Source: Malacoraja senta
Lineage: Eukaryota
Length of the DNA: 64,000 bases
NCBI GenBank assembly: GCA_038087875.1
Contig: CM075990.1
Location: 15,812,001 to 15,876,000, forward strand
Direction: 5' to 3'
This document shows, in pieces, positions 13,263 to 24,729 of the stretch. Position 1 is the first letter of the stretch. Each line of letters starts with the position of its first letter. The notes below the pieces were generated by a model. It ran no database searches, had not been told where the DNA came from, and saw only the letters and a program-made list of their open reading frames with translations. The position numbers were made by a program, and so were the translations under genes.

Positions 13263-14465
13263 CAGTCAAGTCAAGTCACATTTATTTATATAGCACATTT
13301 AAAAAACAACTCTCGTTGGCCAAAGTGCTTTACATTTGTTATAAGAATAGCACAACAAAACAAACTACATACATATATACATGTAGCCCTCACTCAGAGG
13401 ACGTCAGGAAAGGCTTGGGAGTATAGATAAGTCTTTAATCTTGACTTAAAAGAGTCGATGGAGGGGGCAGTTCTGATGGGAAAGGGGATGCTGTTCCACA
13501 GTCTAGGGGCTGCAACCGCAAAGGCACGGTCGCCCCTGAGCTTATGCCTAGACCGTGGGATATTCAGCAACCCCAAGTCGGCTGATCTGAGGGGCCTGGA
13601 GGTGGAGTGGTGGGTGAGAAGACTTTTTATGTAGGTGGGGGCAAGCCCATTGAGGGCTTTGTAGATATGGAGGAGGATCTTGAAGTTTATACGGAACCGC
13701 ACGGGGAGCCAGTGGAGAGAGGCCAGGATCGGGGTGATGTGGTCCCTTTTTCGGGTGCCCGTCAGGAGTCTCGCTGCGGCGTTTTGGACCAGTTGCAGGC
13801 GGGACAGGGAAGATTGGCTGATGCCAGTGTAAAGGGAGTTGCAGTAATCTAGGCGGGAGGAGATGAATGTGTGGATGATCTTTACGAGGTCATCAAACTG
13901 GAGGAATTGTTTTATTTTAGCTATCGTCCGAAGCTGAAAGAAGCTAGCTTTTACCACGGCATTGACTTGTTTGTCAAATTTCAGTGCTGAGTCAAATATC
14001 ACGCCAATGTTTTTGACGTCAGGTTTGAGTAGTGGGGTAAGGCTTCCAAGGCTGCCTGCTATCATTTTGATTGAGTCCGAGGGGCCGAGAAGGATGACCT
14101 CAGACTTACTCTCGTTTAGTTGGAGGAAGTTCTGGGCCATCCAACACTTTATATCCTCGAGGCAGCGGGTAAGGTTAAACAGATTTGATTGTTTTTTGGG
14201 CTTCAGGGGGAGATAGAGTTGTGTATCGTCTGCGTAGCAATGGAAGGAAATGCCGTGCCTTTCAATGTCTTGGCCTAAGGGGAGCATATACAGGGAGAAG
14301 AGAATGGGGCCAAGGATGGAACCTTGTGGAACACCCCAGCAGAGATTAGCTGGGGAGGAGAAAGAGTTGCCTATGTTAGTCGAGAAACTCCTACCTTTGA
14401 GGTAGGAGATGAACCAGCTCAGGGCAGTGCCATCAATACCAACCCCGTACCGGAGACGGTCAATT
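13263..14465 (-). mobile_element. L2-clade LINE 3' fragment with uninterrupted RT frame
   Basis: GVPQGSILGPILFSLYM..HCYADDTQLY..SRLDYCNS..LQLVQNAAARLL..LHWLPV; (ttgac)n tail. Confidence 0.88.
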
Positions 14466-14731
14466 AGTTACAGTGTATAGATAAGAGAATAACATTTAGT
14501 GCAAGGTAAAGCCAGTAAAGTCCGATCAAAGATATCAAGTGGTAGAGTCACACTTGGATCATTTATGAAAGTGATTGCAGAGCGTGTTACTCTGAGTAGG
14601 AAACAACAAGCTATTATGACGGCAGCGATTTCAGCAATCAGTCTCAGTACTGGCAGCTCACCAGAAGGAGGTCAGGGCAAAGGGGTGGGAGGATGTGTGG
14701 ACCAGGACCACAGCCAGTCAAGGGAAGGATG

Positions 14732-15288
14732 TGCATCTCCTCCAACCTCATCTATTGCATCCGCTGCTCTAGATGCCAGTGATCCACATCGGTGAGACCA
14801 AGCGGAGGCTTGGCGATCGTTTCGCCGAACACCTCCGGTCGGTCCGCAATAACCAACTTGACCTCCCGGTGGCTCTACCACTTCAACTCCCCCTCCCATT
14901 CCGTATCTGACCTCTCTGTCCTGGGTCTCCTCCATGGCCACAGCGAGCAACACCGTAAATTGGAGGAAATGCACCTCATATTCCGCTTGGGCAGTCTACA
15001 TCCTGGAGGCTTGAACATTGAATTCTCCCAACTCTGCTAGCCCTTGCTGTCCCCTCCCCTTCATCAGCCATCTGGTTGTCTCCTCCCCTCCCCCAGCCCT
15101 CGGGCTCCTCCTCTGCCTTTTTCCTTTTTTCCTTTCTTCTCCCCACCCCCTATCAGTCTGAAGAAGGGTTTCGGCCCGAAACGTTGCCTATTTCCTTCGC
15201 TCCATAGATGCTGCTGCACCCGCTGAGTTTCTCCAGCATTTTTGTGTACCTTCGATTTTCCAGCATCTGCAGTTCCTTCTTTAACACA
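14732..15288 (+). mobile_element. Penelope-like element 3' fragment: GIY-YIG endonuclease plus terminal repeat
   Basis: Frameshifted SSNLIYCIRCSRC..HIGETKRRLGDRFAEHLRSV..HFNSPSH..RKLEEMHLIFRLGSLHPGGLN, then a pyrimidine tract and hammerhead. Confidence 0.88.
15154..15188 (+). ncRNA. Minimal type I hammerhead ribozyme motif (Penelope-associated)
   Basis: CTGAAGA-A-GGGT(TTCG)GCCC-GAAAC-GTT: catalytic core, stem II with UUCG loop, loop-less stem III. Confidence 0.75.
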
Positions 15289-17015
15289 AGGGACAGTGTG
15301 TGTTTTGTTTGAAAGTATACGTTCCAAATAAATTAGCAATCACAGGACAACACATCCACATTAGAATGCTACAAGGTGCTCATAATATGAAGTGCCACGT
15401 GACAATAGTTTTAAGTGTTTTTAAATGCAATCGTTCATTGTGATTGAGTGGGCAGTTCCCATCTCTCCCAATCACCACTGAACGTGTATCAATCAACAGC
15501 AGCAATAAAAACACCCAGATCCTTCTCAGACCACATGATAATTGTAAACCTTCCAGACAGACGATGTTGATATCAATTTAACTAAAGTAAAGAATTGGAC
15601 CATGGCACCTTTGGGGGGGGGGGGGGGGGGCATATTCAGGGATGTGCGAGTTTCATCATTTAAAGCTGCGCAGAAAAAAAAATGCTAAAAAAAAATGTCC
15701 CACAGAAAATGGTGTATTTCCTGTTGCTTATCCCAGCTCATGCCATGTGGCAGTCAGTCCTCACTCAGTTGTCATGGAGCGGGGTGGGGGGGGGGCGGAA
15801 GTTGCAATAGAGGTGGGGTGCGGTTGCCATAGAGGGAGAGGACAGCAAGGATTCACCAAACCAATTCCTGGGATGGCTGGAATGGTGTACAACTGAGAAC
15901 CGGTCTGCCCGCCTTGTCTTGAGACACGAGGGACTACAGATGCTGGAATCTTGCTTGGAACAAAAAGTGCTGGGGTAACTCAGCGGGTCAGGCAGCATCT
16001 CCGCAGAACATGGATAGGTGACGATTCAGGTCGGGACCCTTCTTCGGACTACATTGATTCACTGTGGCTATGATGGCTCAAGTGCAGAGCAATTATAGGG
16101 GGCATGATTGAAAAGTGCAAAATTCGGACGGGGAGAGATGGGCTGGGTCTGGTTAGAGACTTAGAGCCAGGAGCAGAGTCTCAGGGTGCAGGGTAAGGCA
16201 GTTAGGACTGGGGTGAGGAAGAATCCCAGAGGCTCGTGCACCTGTAGGGTTCATAAAGGTCCTTAGGGGAACAGTCACAAAGGGCCTTGGATGTAATGTC
16301 ATCGATTACGTTTATGAAGGAGATAAACTGATTTCTAGACAAAATAAATGCAGCAAGACATAGGGGAATAGGGGAAACAATGCAAATTTGCCACTGGGTT
16401 AGAGGATCAGCATTGATTGTATTAAATGATACAGCAACTCAAGGAGGGTCAGACTGAAATGTTGGAAGTTTTTCCATTTCTGTTTCACACCTGGTCTGTT
16501 ATTCCAGTGCCTTAACCTCATCTGCTCTACTACAAACAGGCAGGCATCACATTTATACATTTATGGCTTTCTCATTGGGGCTGCGTGAACAAGTGTTAAA
16601 AGGTCACTTAGTGAAATCAAATTCCACGGTACCTTAATCGGTGCAAGTGGCAATAAATGTGAACTTGAACTTGGTCACTGCAATAACATAGCCTGACCCA
16701 TCCTTCACTGCACATCACGACTATATCAATATATTAACATATTATCAATATGAAAATATATTATAGCAGGACCACTTGACCCCTTGCCTGCCCCTGACAC
16801 TCTCTACTGAAACACTGCAACCCCCCCCCCCCCCCCCAGCCATAGATATTTGATGTAATCTCTTTTCATCACTTGAGTGCAAGGCAGAGTGATTTGGTCA
16901 CCTATCTTTGTCTCAGCCTAATATATCAATATATTAAAGAATAGATCAACTGGGCTGATACTGGAACTTAGAAGGATGAGAGGGTGTCTTACGGAAACAT
17001 ATAAAATTCTTAAGG

Positions 17016-17110
17016 TCTGAAGAAGGGTTTCGAACTGAAACGTTGCTTATTTCCTTCGCTCCATAGATGCTGCCTCGCCCGCTGAGTTTCTCCATCATTT
17101 TTATCTACCT
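17016..17110 (+). mobile_element. Mini Penelope-terminus/hammerhead insertion
   Basis: ctgaagaagggtttcgaactgaaacgtt; flanked by aaaattct(t/a)aagg at 17003-17015 and 17111-17123. Confidence 0.75.
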
Positions 17111-17655
17111 AAAATTCTAAAGGGATTGGACAGGCTAAATGCAGGAAAATTGTTCTCCATGTCGGGGGAGTCTGGAACTAGGGGTCATAGTTTAAGAATA
17201 AGGGGTCGGCCATTTTGGACTGAGATGAGGAAAACGTTTTTCATCCAGAGAGTTGTGAATCTGTGGAATTCTCTGCCACAGAAGGTAGTGGAGGCCGATT
17301 CACTGGATGTTTTCAAGAGAGAGTTAGATATAGGTCTTAGGGTCAACAGAATCAAATGACATAGGGAGAAAGCAGGAACGGGGTACCAGGGCTGCCAACT
17401 CTCACGCTTTGAGCATGAGAATCACGCATTTGATCCAACTCTCACGCCCTCACGCTGATCAGAAATTTCTCACGCTCTGTGGTGAGAAATTCTGTGATCA
17501 ACGAACATTTCAAAACTCAGATAAACTGCATGGTCCGCAGGTGTTGGATAGCCGGGGCTGAGGGAGGGATGGAAGCAGTGGGCGGATCCAGATGCGGGGA
17601 GCCGGGGCTGGTGAGTGTTTGCTGGGCTGGCGAGTCGCTCGCTGCAGTTCCGGCC

Positions 17656-17736
17656 ATGGAGCAGCCCCAGTCCAAGAGTCCCGGGCCGTCGGAGGCGTCG
17701 GAAGCGTTGCGCAGCTGCCGTGAGAGTCTCTGTGCC
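17656..17736 (+). pseudogene. TDP2: Truncated copy of TDP2-like exon 1
   Basis: MEQPQSKSPGPSEASEALRSCRESLCA aligns with the 18888 copy and breaks off before the GA tract. Confidence 0.65.
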
Positions 17737-17749
17737 GAAAGGACAGACT

Positions 17750-18641
17750 CTCAAAGGGAGGTGGAGAGAGAGAGAGGGGGAAGGAGACGGAGACAGAGGG
17801 GAGAGAGAGGTGGTGAGAGGAGAGAGAGGGAAGAGACAGAGGGGGAGTGAATGGAGAGAGAGAAGAGGGAGAGGGGGGGAGAGAGAGGGGGGGAGAGTGA
17901 GGGGAGAGGGGGAAGAGAGAGAGGGGTGAGAGGGAAGAAAGAGGGAAGAGTAAGAGGGGGTGGAGAGGGAGGAGAGGGTAGGAGAGAATGGGAGAGGGAG
18001 GGGGAAGAGAGAGGGGTGGTAAAAGAGGGAGGGGGAAGAGGGAGAGAGGGGGAAAGAGAGAAACGGGGGGCAAAGAGAAAGAGGAGATAGAGAGAGGAGA
18101 AAGAAAGAGGGGAGAGAGAGCAAGGGGGAGAGTGAGGTGGGAGGGAGAAATGGGGTAGAGAGAGGGAGAGATGAGGAGAGAGGAGGAGGAGAGAGAGACG
18201 AGAGCGAGAGGGGGGAAGAGAGAGAGGTGAGAGAGAGAGAGGAGAGGGGAGAGTGTGTGGAGAGGGAGAGGGAGAGAAAGGGGGAGATAGAGAGGGAGGG
18301 AGAAAGAGAGAGAGGGGGGAGAGAGGGGAACAGAGGAGAGAGAGAGAGAAGGGGGAGAGAAGAGAGAGGGAAGGGGGGGAGACAGGGGAGAGAGAGGGGG
18401 TGAGAGGAGAGACAGAGAGAGAGGGGAGAGAGAGAGGGAAAAGAGAGGAGGAGGGGAGAGATAGAGGGGGAGAGAGAGAGAGGGGGGTTGAGAGGAGAGA
18501 GCGGAAGAGAGAGGGGAGAGAGAGAGAGAGGGGGATGAGAGTGAGGTGGGAGGGAAAGAGAGAGGGGAGAGAAAGAGAGGAGGAGAGAGAGAGAGGGGGA
18601 GAGAGAGAGGAGGAGAGGGGGGAGAGAGGGGGATAGAGAGG
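17750..18641. repeat. ~0.9-kb GA-rich polypurine low-complexity tract
   Basis: Almost exclusively g/a on the + strand. Confidence 0.95.
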
Positions 18642-18887
18642 CAGGGCTGCCAACTCCCATGCATTGAGCGACTGAGAATCACGCATTTCACCAAATTCTC
18701 ACGCTGATCACAAATTTCTCTCGCTCTGTTGTGAGAAATTCTGTGATCAACGAAAATGTCAAAACTCATATCCACTGCATGGGCCATGGGTGTTGGAAGC
18801 AGAAGCAGCGGCGGGGACAGATGCGGATGGGGAGCGGGGCTGGCGAGTGTTTGCCGGGCTGGCGAGTCGCTCACTGCAGCTCCGGCC

Positions 18888-19025
18888 ATGGAGCAGCCTC
18901 AGTGCAAGGCGTCGGAAGCGTTGCGCCGCTGCCGTGAGAGTCTCTGTGCCAAATTCGCTCAGGTGACCGGCATGGATCAGGCTGCGGCTCGGTGCATCCT
19001 GGAGGACAACCAGTGGCTGCTGGAA
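18888..19025 (+). pseudogene. TDP2: Captured TDP2-like first coding exon (UBA-like N-terminal domain), 46 codons
   Basis: Kozak ccggccATGg; RESLCAKFAQVTGMDQAAARCILEDNQWLLE resembles human TDP2 RRLLCVEFASVASCDAAVAQCFLAENDWEME (recalled); phase-0 donor GTAAGT at 19026-19031. Confidence 0.78.
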
Positions 19026-19129
19026 GTAAGTACCAAGCACTGGGTAGAAACGGTGGAAGATAGTGGACTTCAAATGGGGGTGGTTGGAGAAAGGATCCTG
19101 CTTGCCTGCTAAATTTTCACTTACTGTAA

Positions 19130-19477
19130 CTGCAGGAAAAATGTTCCCGATGTTGGGGGAGTTCAGAACCAGGGGTTACAGTTTAAGAATAAAGGGGGGG
19201 GGGGGCAGTTAGGACTGAGATGAGGACATACTTTCTTCACACAGCGAGTTGTGAATCTGTGGAATTCTCTGCCACAGAAGGCAGCGCAGGCCAATTCACT
19301 GGATGTTTTCAAGAGAGAGTTACATTTAGTTCTTGGGGCTAACGACATCAAGGGATATGGGGGAAAAACAGGAAAGAGGTACTGATTTTAGATGAATAGC
19401 CATGATCATATTGAATGGCAGTGTTGGCTTGAAGGGCCGAAGGCCTATTCCTGCACCTATTTTCTATGTTTCTATGC
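19130..19477 (+). mobile_element. CR1 3' fragment inside the TIR element
   Basis: tgcaggaaaaatgttcccgatg..gtgaatctgtggaattctctgcc..ttctatgtttctatg. Confidence 0.8.
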
Positions 19478-21004
19478 TTGAGTATATGGTAATAAAACTC
19501 GATCACTTGATTTTGAAACATTCATGCATGGTGGAGGTATAATATAGTCATAGAGTGATACAATGTGAAAACAGGCCTTCTGTGCAACTTGCCCACACCC
19601 GCCAACATGTCCCAGCTACGCTACCTGCTTTTGGTCCATACCTCCAAACCTGTCCTATCCATGTATCAGTCTAACTTGTTCTTAAATGTTGGGATGGTCC
19701 CTGCCTCAACTACCTCCTCTGGCAGCTTGTTCCATACACCCATCACCTTTTGTGTGGATAAAGTTACCCCTTAAAAAGTTACCTCTTAAAAATACTTCAT
19801 ACAAAAAACATTGAAATCATACTTCTACAATGCACTAAAACATGATTTTAGTACATCAAATTTCAAAAATTCCTACCCTGGGAGGGGGGGACACCCTTCT
19901 TCCACACCCTCTCCCCACTCGGTTGCTCCACTCCCTCACCGGGTACCCCCAAGGCCAGTGATCAGTGATTGCTCAGCCTCCCCCCTTTCAAAAATACTCC
20001 AATCCAACTTAAAGCATATATACTGCATTCAAGTGTAAGTTAAAAGGCTCGCTATGGTACAGTATGCACCATATTGCACAATTGCAAGCTGAAAAATGCA
20101 AAAGTTCCATACCAATGTGAGAGGGGACACCCTCCTCCCACACCCCCCCCCCCCCCCGGTCGCTATGCTCCCTCGGGCTTGGTCTCTTGCAATTTCTCAC
20201 TCCCAACTCTCACCCAATGTTGGCAGCCCTGGGGGTACTGATTTTGGATGATCAGCCATGATTATATTGAAAGACGGTGCTGGCTCGAAGGGCTGAAGGG
20301 CCTACTCCTGCACCTATTTTCTATGTTTCCATGTCAACACAAACTGTGACACGCGGCAATCTATGCGATCGTTCAAGTGTCTTTGCAAATTCTGCTTACT
20401 CCCGAGCTTGGCTGACCCAAGTGGTTTTCCACTGTTGTGACAGCCCTGAACTCAATTGCTTGTCGGTAAAATATACAACAGCTCTGCCATTATAGTGGCC
20501 CATTGTGTCAGTTTAAATATAAAACAACAGTATTAAGTGCAAATTACTCTCATATGGTGCCTCTCTTGATGTCACGAGCTTCCAAGAGCGGCATTGTTAA
20601 ATCAACTCATGTAGTAAACGGTACAATTAACAATAATATTTGCATTAACAGTATTTGTCATAACAAATCAGATTTTTTTTATCCCTTGCATTAGTCTTCA
20701 ATTGTGACACCACACTGTCTTCATGGATGATTGTTCTATAAACAAGAGTTTGCTTAACCCTGATTTACATGAGATAGAAAATATGTTATACAAGAATTGG
20801 TCTGCCAGCTCTGTCCACCAGTATTAACATAATGCAGGACGCCTCGCCTGCCCCTGACACACTACCCTCACACCCTACCCTGCAACACCACACCTCCCCC
20901 AGCCATAGATGTTGGATGTAACATCTTCTTATCACTTGAGTGCAAGGCACTCTATGATTTGTTCGCCTATCTTTGACTCAGCATAATGTGCAAAATTCAA
21001 GTTT

Positions 21005-21307
21005 AGCACGGTGACTCAGCGGTAGAGTTGCTGCCTTACAGCGCCAGAGGCCCGGGTTTGATCCTGACTTTGGGTGCCGCCTGTGCGGACTTTAGACGCT
21101 ATCCCCGTGACCTGCGTGGGTCTTCTTCAGGATCGCCGGTTTTCTCGCTCACTCCAAAATACGTAAAGCTTTACAGGTTAATTGGCTTGGTACAATTGCA
21201 AATTGTCCCTAGTGTGAGTAGGATAGTGTTAGTGTGTGGGGATCGCTGGTTGGCGCGGACTCGATGGGCTGAAGGGCCTGTATCCGCGCTGTATCTCTAA
21301 ACTAAAC
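21005..21307 (+). mobile_element. HE1-like V-SINE
   Basis: tRNA head, V domain, tail ctgtatctctaaactaaac. Confidence 0.8.
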
Positions 21308-21377
21308 CATAGCTACAAAAAGATTGGGTCAAATTGTAGCTAGCCAAGGCTCAGTCCAGACAACATTCTTATTAACT

Positions 21378-21468
21378 GAAGAAGGGTTTCGGCCCGAAAC
21401 GTTGCCTATTTCCTTCGCTCCATAGATGCTGCTGCACCCGCTGAGTTTCTCCAGCATTTTTGTGTACC
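21378..21468 (+). mobile_element. 91-bp hammerhead-bearing Penelope-terminus insertion with 12-bp TSD
   Basis: ttcttattaact at 21366-21377 and 21469-21480; (ct)gaagaagggtttcggcccgaaacgtt. Confidence 0.8.
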
Positions 21469-21799
21469 TTCTTATTAACTCTATGCCTAAGACTCTATGC
21501 CTATGCTCTATGTCTCATGTCAATCAAATAGGAACGATCCTAAATGCTATAATTATTAACCCCTGCAAATAGCCAAGTTAAGACTCAACATTTTTAGCAA
21601 CTCTGAACATGAAGAGTACAAGATGGCACCAAAAAGGTGGCGGCTCTTGCACAGTACCTCCGTGTCATCTTACACTCTTGTACGTAAGTATGATTGTGCT
21701 TATGTATAGTGAGTTTTTCACTGACCTGTACGCAAAAAAGGAAATTCACCCTCCCTAGGTACGTGTGGCAATAAAGTCCCATTGAACCACCATTGACTT

Positions 21800-22530
21800 C
21801 TCAACACTCGTGCCCTGCAAGGATGCGTCCTCAGCCCCCTCCTCAACTCCTTGCACACTCACAACTGTTGCAGCCAAATATCAATCCAACTCAATTTAAA
21901 ACTTTGCATACGACACCACTGTAGCAGGACGGATATCAGACAACGCTGAGATGGAGTACAGGAAGGAGATTGAGAACCTTGGGAACTTGCTGCCAAGCCA
22001 ACAACCTCTCCCTCAATGTCAGCAAGACAAAGGAGAATGTGATTGACCTCACAAACCCTGGTAGAGATTGATGGCACCAAAGTAGAGAGGGTCGAAAGCC
22101 TCACATTCCTATGAATGTCCAGGACAAGCCAAGAAAGCACATTGACATCACGACTTCCTTTGAATGTTGATGACGTTTAGAATGTCCCTAACAAACTTCA
22201 CCAATTACGACAGATGCTCCATAAAAAATATTCTATAGGAGGGCATCACAGTCTGGTTTGGGACCCGCTCCATTCAAGACCCCAAATAATTGCAGAAAGT
22301 TGCCAGGCCATCACGCAAGCCAATCTCCCTTCCATTGACCAATCAATCTTCCATTGACTCTAGTCAACTTTACGCTGCCTCGGAAGGCCACCAGTATAAC
22401 CAAGGACCAGTCTCACTCAGGTCATTCCCTCTCGTCTTCTCTCCCATCAGGCAAGGGATACAGAAGTACAGAAAGCAAATCCCTCCAGATTCCGGGACAG
22501 TGTCTTCCCAGCAGTTATTTACCAGCAGTC
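21800..22530 (+). mobile_element. Degenerate Rex1-like RT fragment
   Basis: Relics of FADDTT (tttgcatacgacaccact), NNLSLNVSKTKE (aacaacctctccctcaatgtcagcaagacaaaggag) and LPSG motifs. Confidence 0.6.
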
Positions 22531-23219
22531 AACAATTTCTGGGGCAGGTCAGATTTTCTATTTCAGCTAGATTTAAATCTACAGCAGATATCTTAACAAT
22601 AGTGACGTCTTTAAAGCACCTTTGGCACTTATTCATTTAGCAGTACCATTCACACACAAAACTGTAGTTGGAACTGTCAAAGAAATCCATTCTTTGAACT
22701 TGAACATTTATCCATGGTAAATCAGGATGGGATTGAACCACATTGAATTCACATCATTGGAATTAGGTCATGCCAGTGCTTATGTATTTACACAAGACAA
22801 CATTCCACTCCACCTTCCCATATCAACACATCTTACCATTCCTTTCAATTCACTTTGTACAGACGACAATCTACTCAATGGAAATAATGGAAATAACCAC
22901 AGCAGAACACAAAGAACAAGCTGCAGGGAGATGCTGAATGAAGGAAAGGTCAGCATTGACTACAAACTGATCAAAGAAAATGTATTGATCTGCTGCAGTC
23001 TTTGTGTGATGGTCTTTGACTGGTCTTCTGAGGAGTTGTATCACTGTTCTTAGCTTCTGAGTGTAAAATTCCCTTTTTATCATAACTTTACATAATGCCC
23101 AGTTAAAACTTTCACAGGAATATAGTCTCCCTAAATGGATAGCTTTTGCTTCCATCCATCTGAGGTTTTCATCAAGATTGCATTAGCTAAATCAACCAGA
23201 AAACTTGTTTGCAGCAGGG

Positions 23220-23528
23220 AGGCCCAGTAGTGGAGTTGCTGACTTACAGCGCCTGAGAATCGGGTTTGATCCTGACTGTGGGTGCTTATCTGTATGGAAT
23301 TGGTACATTCTCCCTGTGAGCACGTGGGTTTTCTCCGGGTGCCCCACTTCCCTCCCACACTCGAAAGACGTGCAGGTTTGTAGGTTAATTAGCTTTGGTA
23401 GAATTGTACATTGTCCCTAGTGTGTGTGTGTGTGTGTAGGATAGTGTTAGTGTACAGGGTGATCGCTGGTCGGCACGGACTCGGTGGGCCGAAGGCCCGA
23501 TTCCGCGCTGCATCTTGAAACTAAAGTT
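23220..23528 (+). mobile_element. HE1-like V-SINE
   Basis: V domain and tail ggactcggtgggccgaagg. Confidence 0.75.
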
Positions 23529-24729
23529 AACTAATCCAAGGACAAAGTTGCAATGCGTCTCTAACTTCATGCTCCATCACATTAATGAGACCATTCCCTA
23601 AAGCTATGACGCCTCGAACTGGGACCAAGCCTTCAACAGACCACAAAGGAATGACAAGAAGATACTGAATAAAGAAAAGGAAGATATGTTTAATTGGGTT
23701 TAAAGATCAGGTTTCTGAGGGGACCTTGGCTTAGAGCTCTTTGATAAATCTGACTACCAAAGGATATTTGTATTCTGAGGCTCCCCTGATGTGAATTTCG
23801 TACGGAGTCATTTGATGTTCCTCTATGAGAGATTCATGAGAGTAATCACCATGTTTATCTGTGTAGTATTTTGATCAAGATTGAGCTTGGTTAAGATTGA
23901 GATTTGCATTTGAGAAGTTCATTTTCCTACGCTTCCGATTGTATTGTTTGCAACTCTGAATTTAGATTATCCTTTGCTTTCCGTCCATTAGGAATTTCTT
24001 CGTTCAGCAAATAGTTTAGGAGAGATAATCCTGAGATAAATCTTAGACGGTGATGCTTGAGGAATTTCAGATTGGCAATTTTGCTTTAGTTTTAAGAGTC
24101 AATCTAGTTTTGACTTCAGATAATTCCAAACAAAAAAAAAATTATTTTTATGAGATTCAAAAGGAAAAATAATAAATCTCCCTGTGCTAGATTTTTCACA
24201 AATTCAAAATATTTATTACTTCAGCTAAAAATAACCTGGGACAAATTCACTTTTCTGTCCTCGAGAATCCTGTTAACAACCAGACCTTTTATGGAAGAAT
24301 CTGTCAGAATCACACAGGATGCTGCCCATGCCCTCTGCCTCATGCCAAAGATCATGCAATCACTCCAGCACGTTCACTCAAGTGCAGTCGTTGGTCTGCA
24401 AAGCAATTGCACAGAGGCAGCAAAATAATATACACGAGCTCCAAATACTGGGAACACGTTGAGGATTCAAGTAGATCTCAGAGATTACATTGTTTTTCCA
24501 TACGACATAGAAGGAAGCCATTCTGGCCCATTGGAGTCGATGCCAGCTCACCGAGCAATCTTATTCCCACACCAATATTCCCTCTAATCTGCTCTTCCCC
24601 AGTTTCTACCACTGTTTAAGAAACAGTTAGACGGGTGCATGGATCGGACAGGTTTGGAGGGTTATGGGTCTAGTATAGCTGGGACATGTTGGCTGGTGTG
24701 GGCAAGTTGAGCCGAAGGACCTGTTTTCA

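Larger units (their letters stand above)
17387..20231 (+). mobile_element. Non-autonomous TIR DNA transposon (hAT- or P-like termini) carrying captured genomic DNA
   Basis: TIR cagggctgccaac at 17387-17399 and gttggcagccctg at 20219-20231; TSD ggggtac at 17380-17386 and 20232-20238; subterminal tctcac repeats at both ends. Confidence 0.88.
16948..20335 (+). mobile_element. CR1 3' fragment split by two younger insertions (17016-17110 and 17387-20231)
   Basis: Removing the inserts restores ..gcaggaacggggtactgattttggatgatcagcc.. and a ttctatgttt tail. Confidence 0.8.

Noticed and set aside
17470..18889. Long ORFs of 311-459 aa rich in S/L/P or E/R/G
   Set aside because: They are translations of the GA/TC low-complexity tract, which lacks stop codons.
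18756..19112. An intact functional TDP2 gene or a 118-aa protein
   Set aside because: Only the first exon is recognisable, it lies inside a TIR/TSD-bounded insertion, and no catalytic-domain exons were seen. The ORF extensions are UTR and intron read-through.
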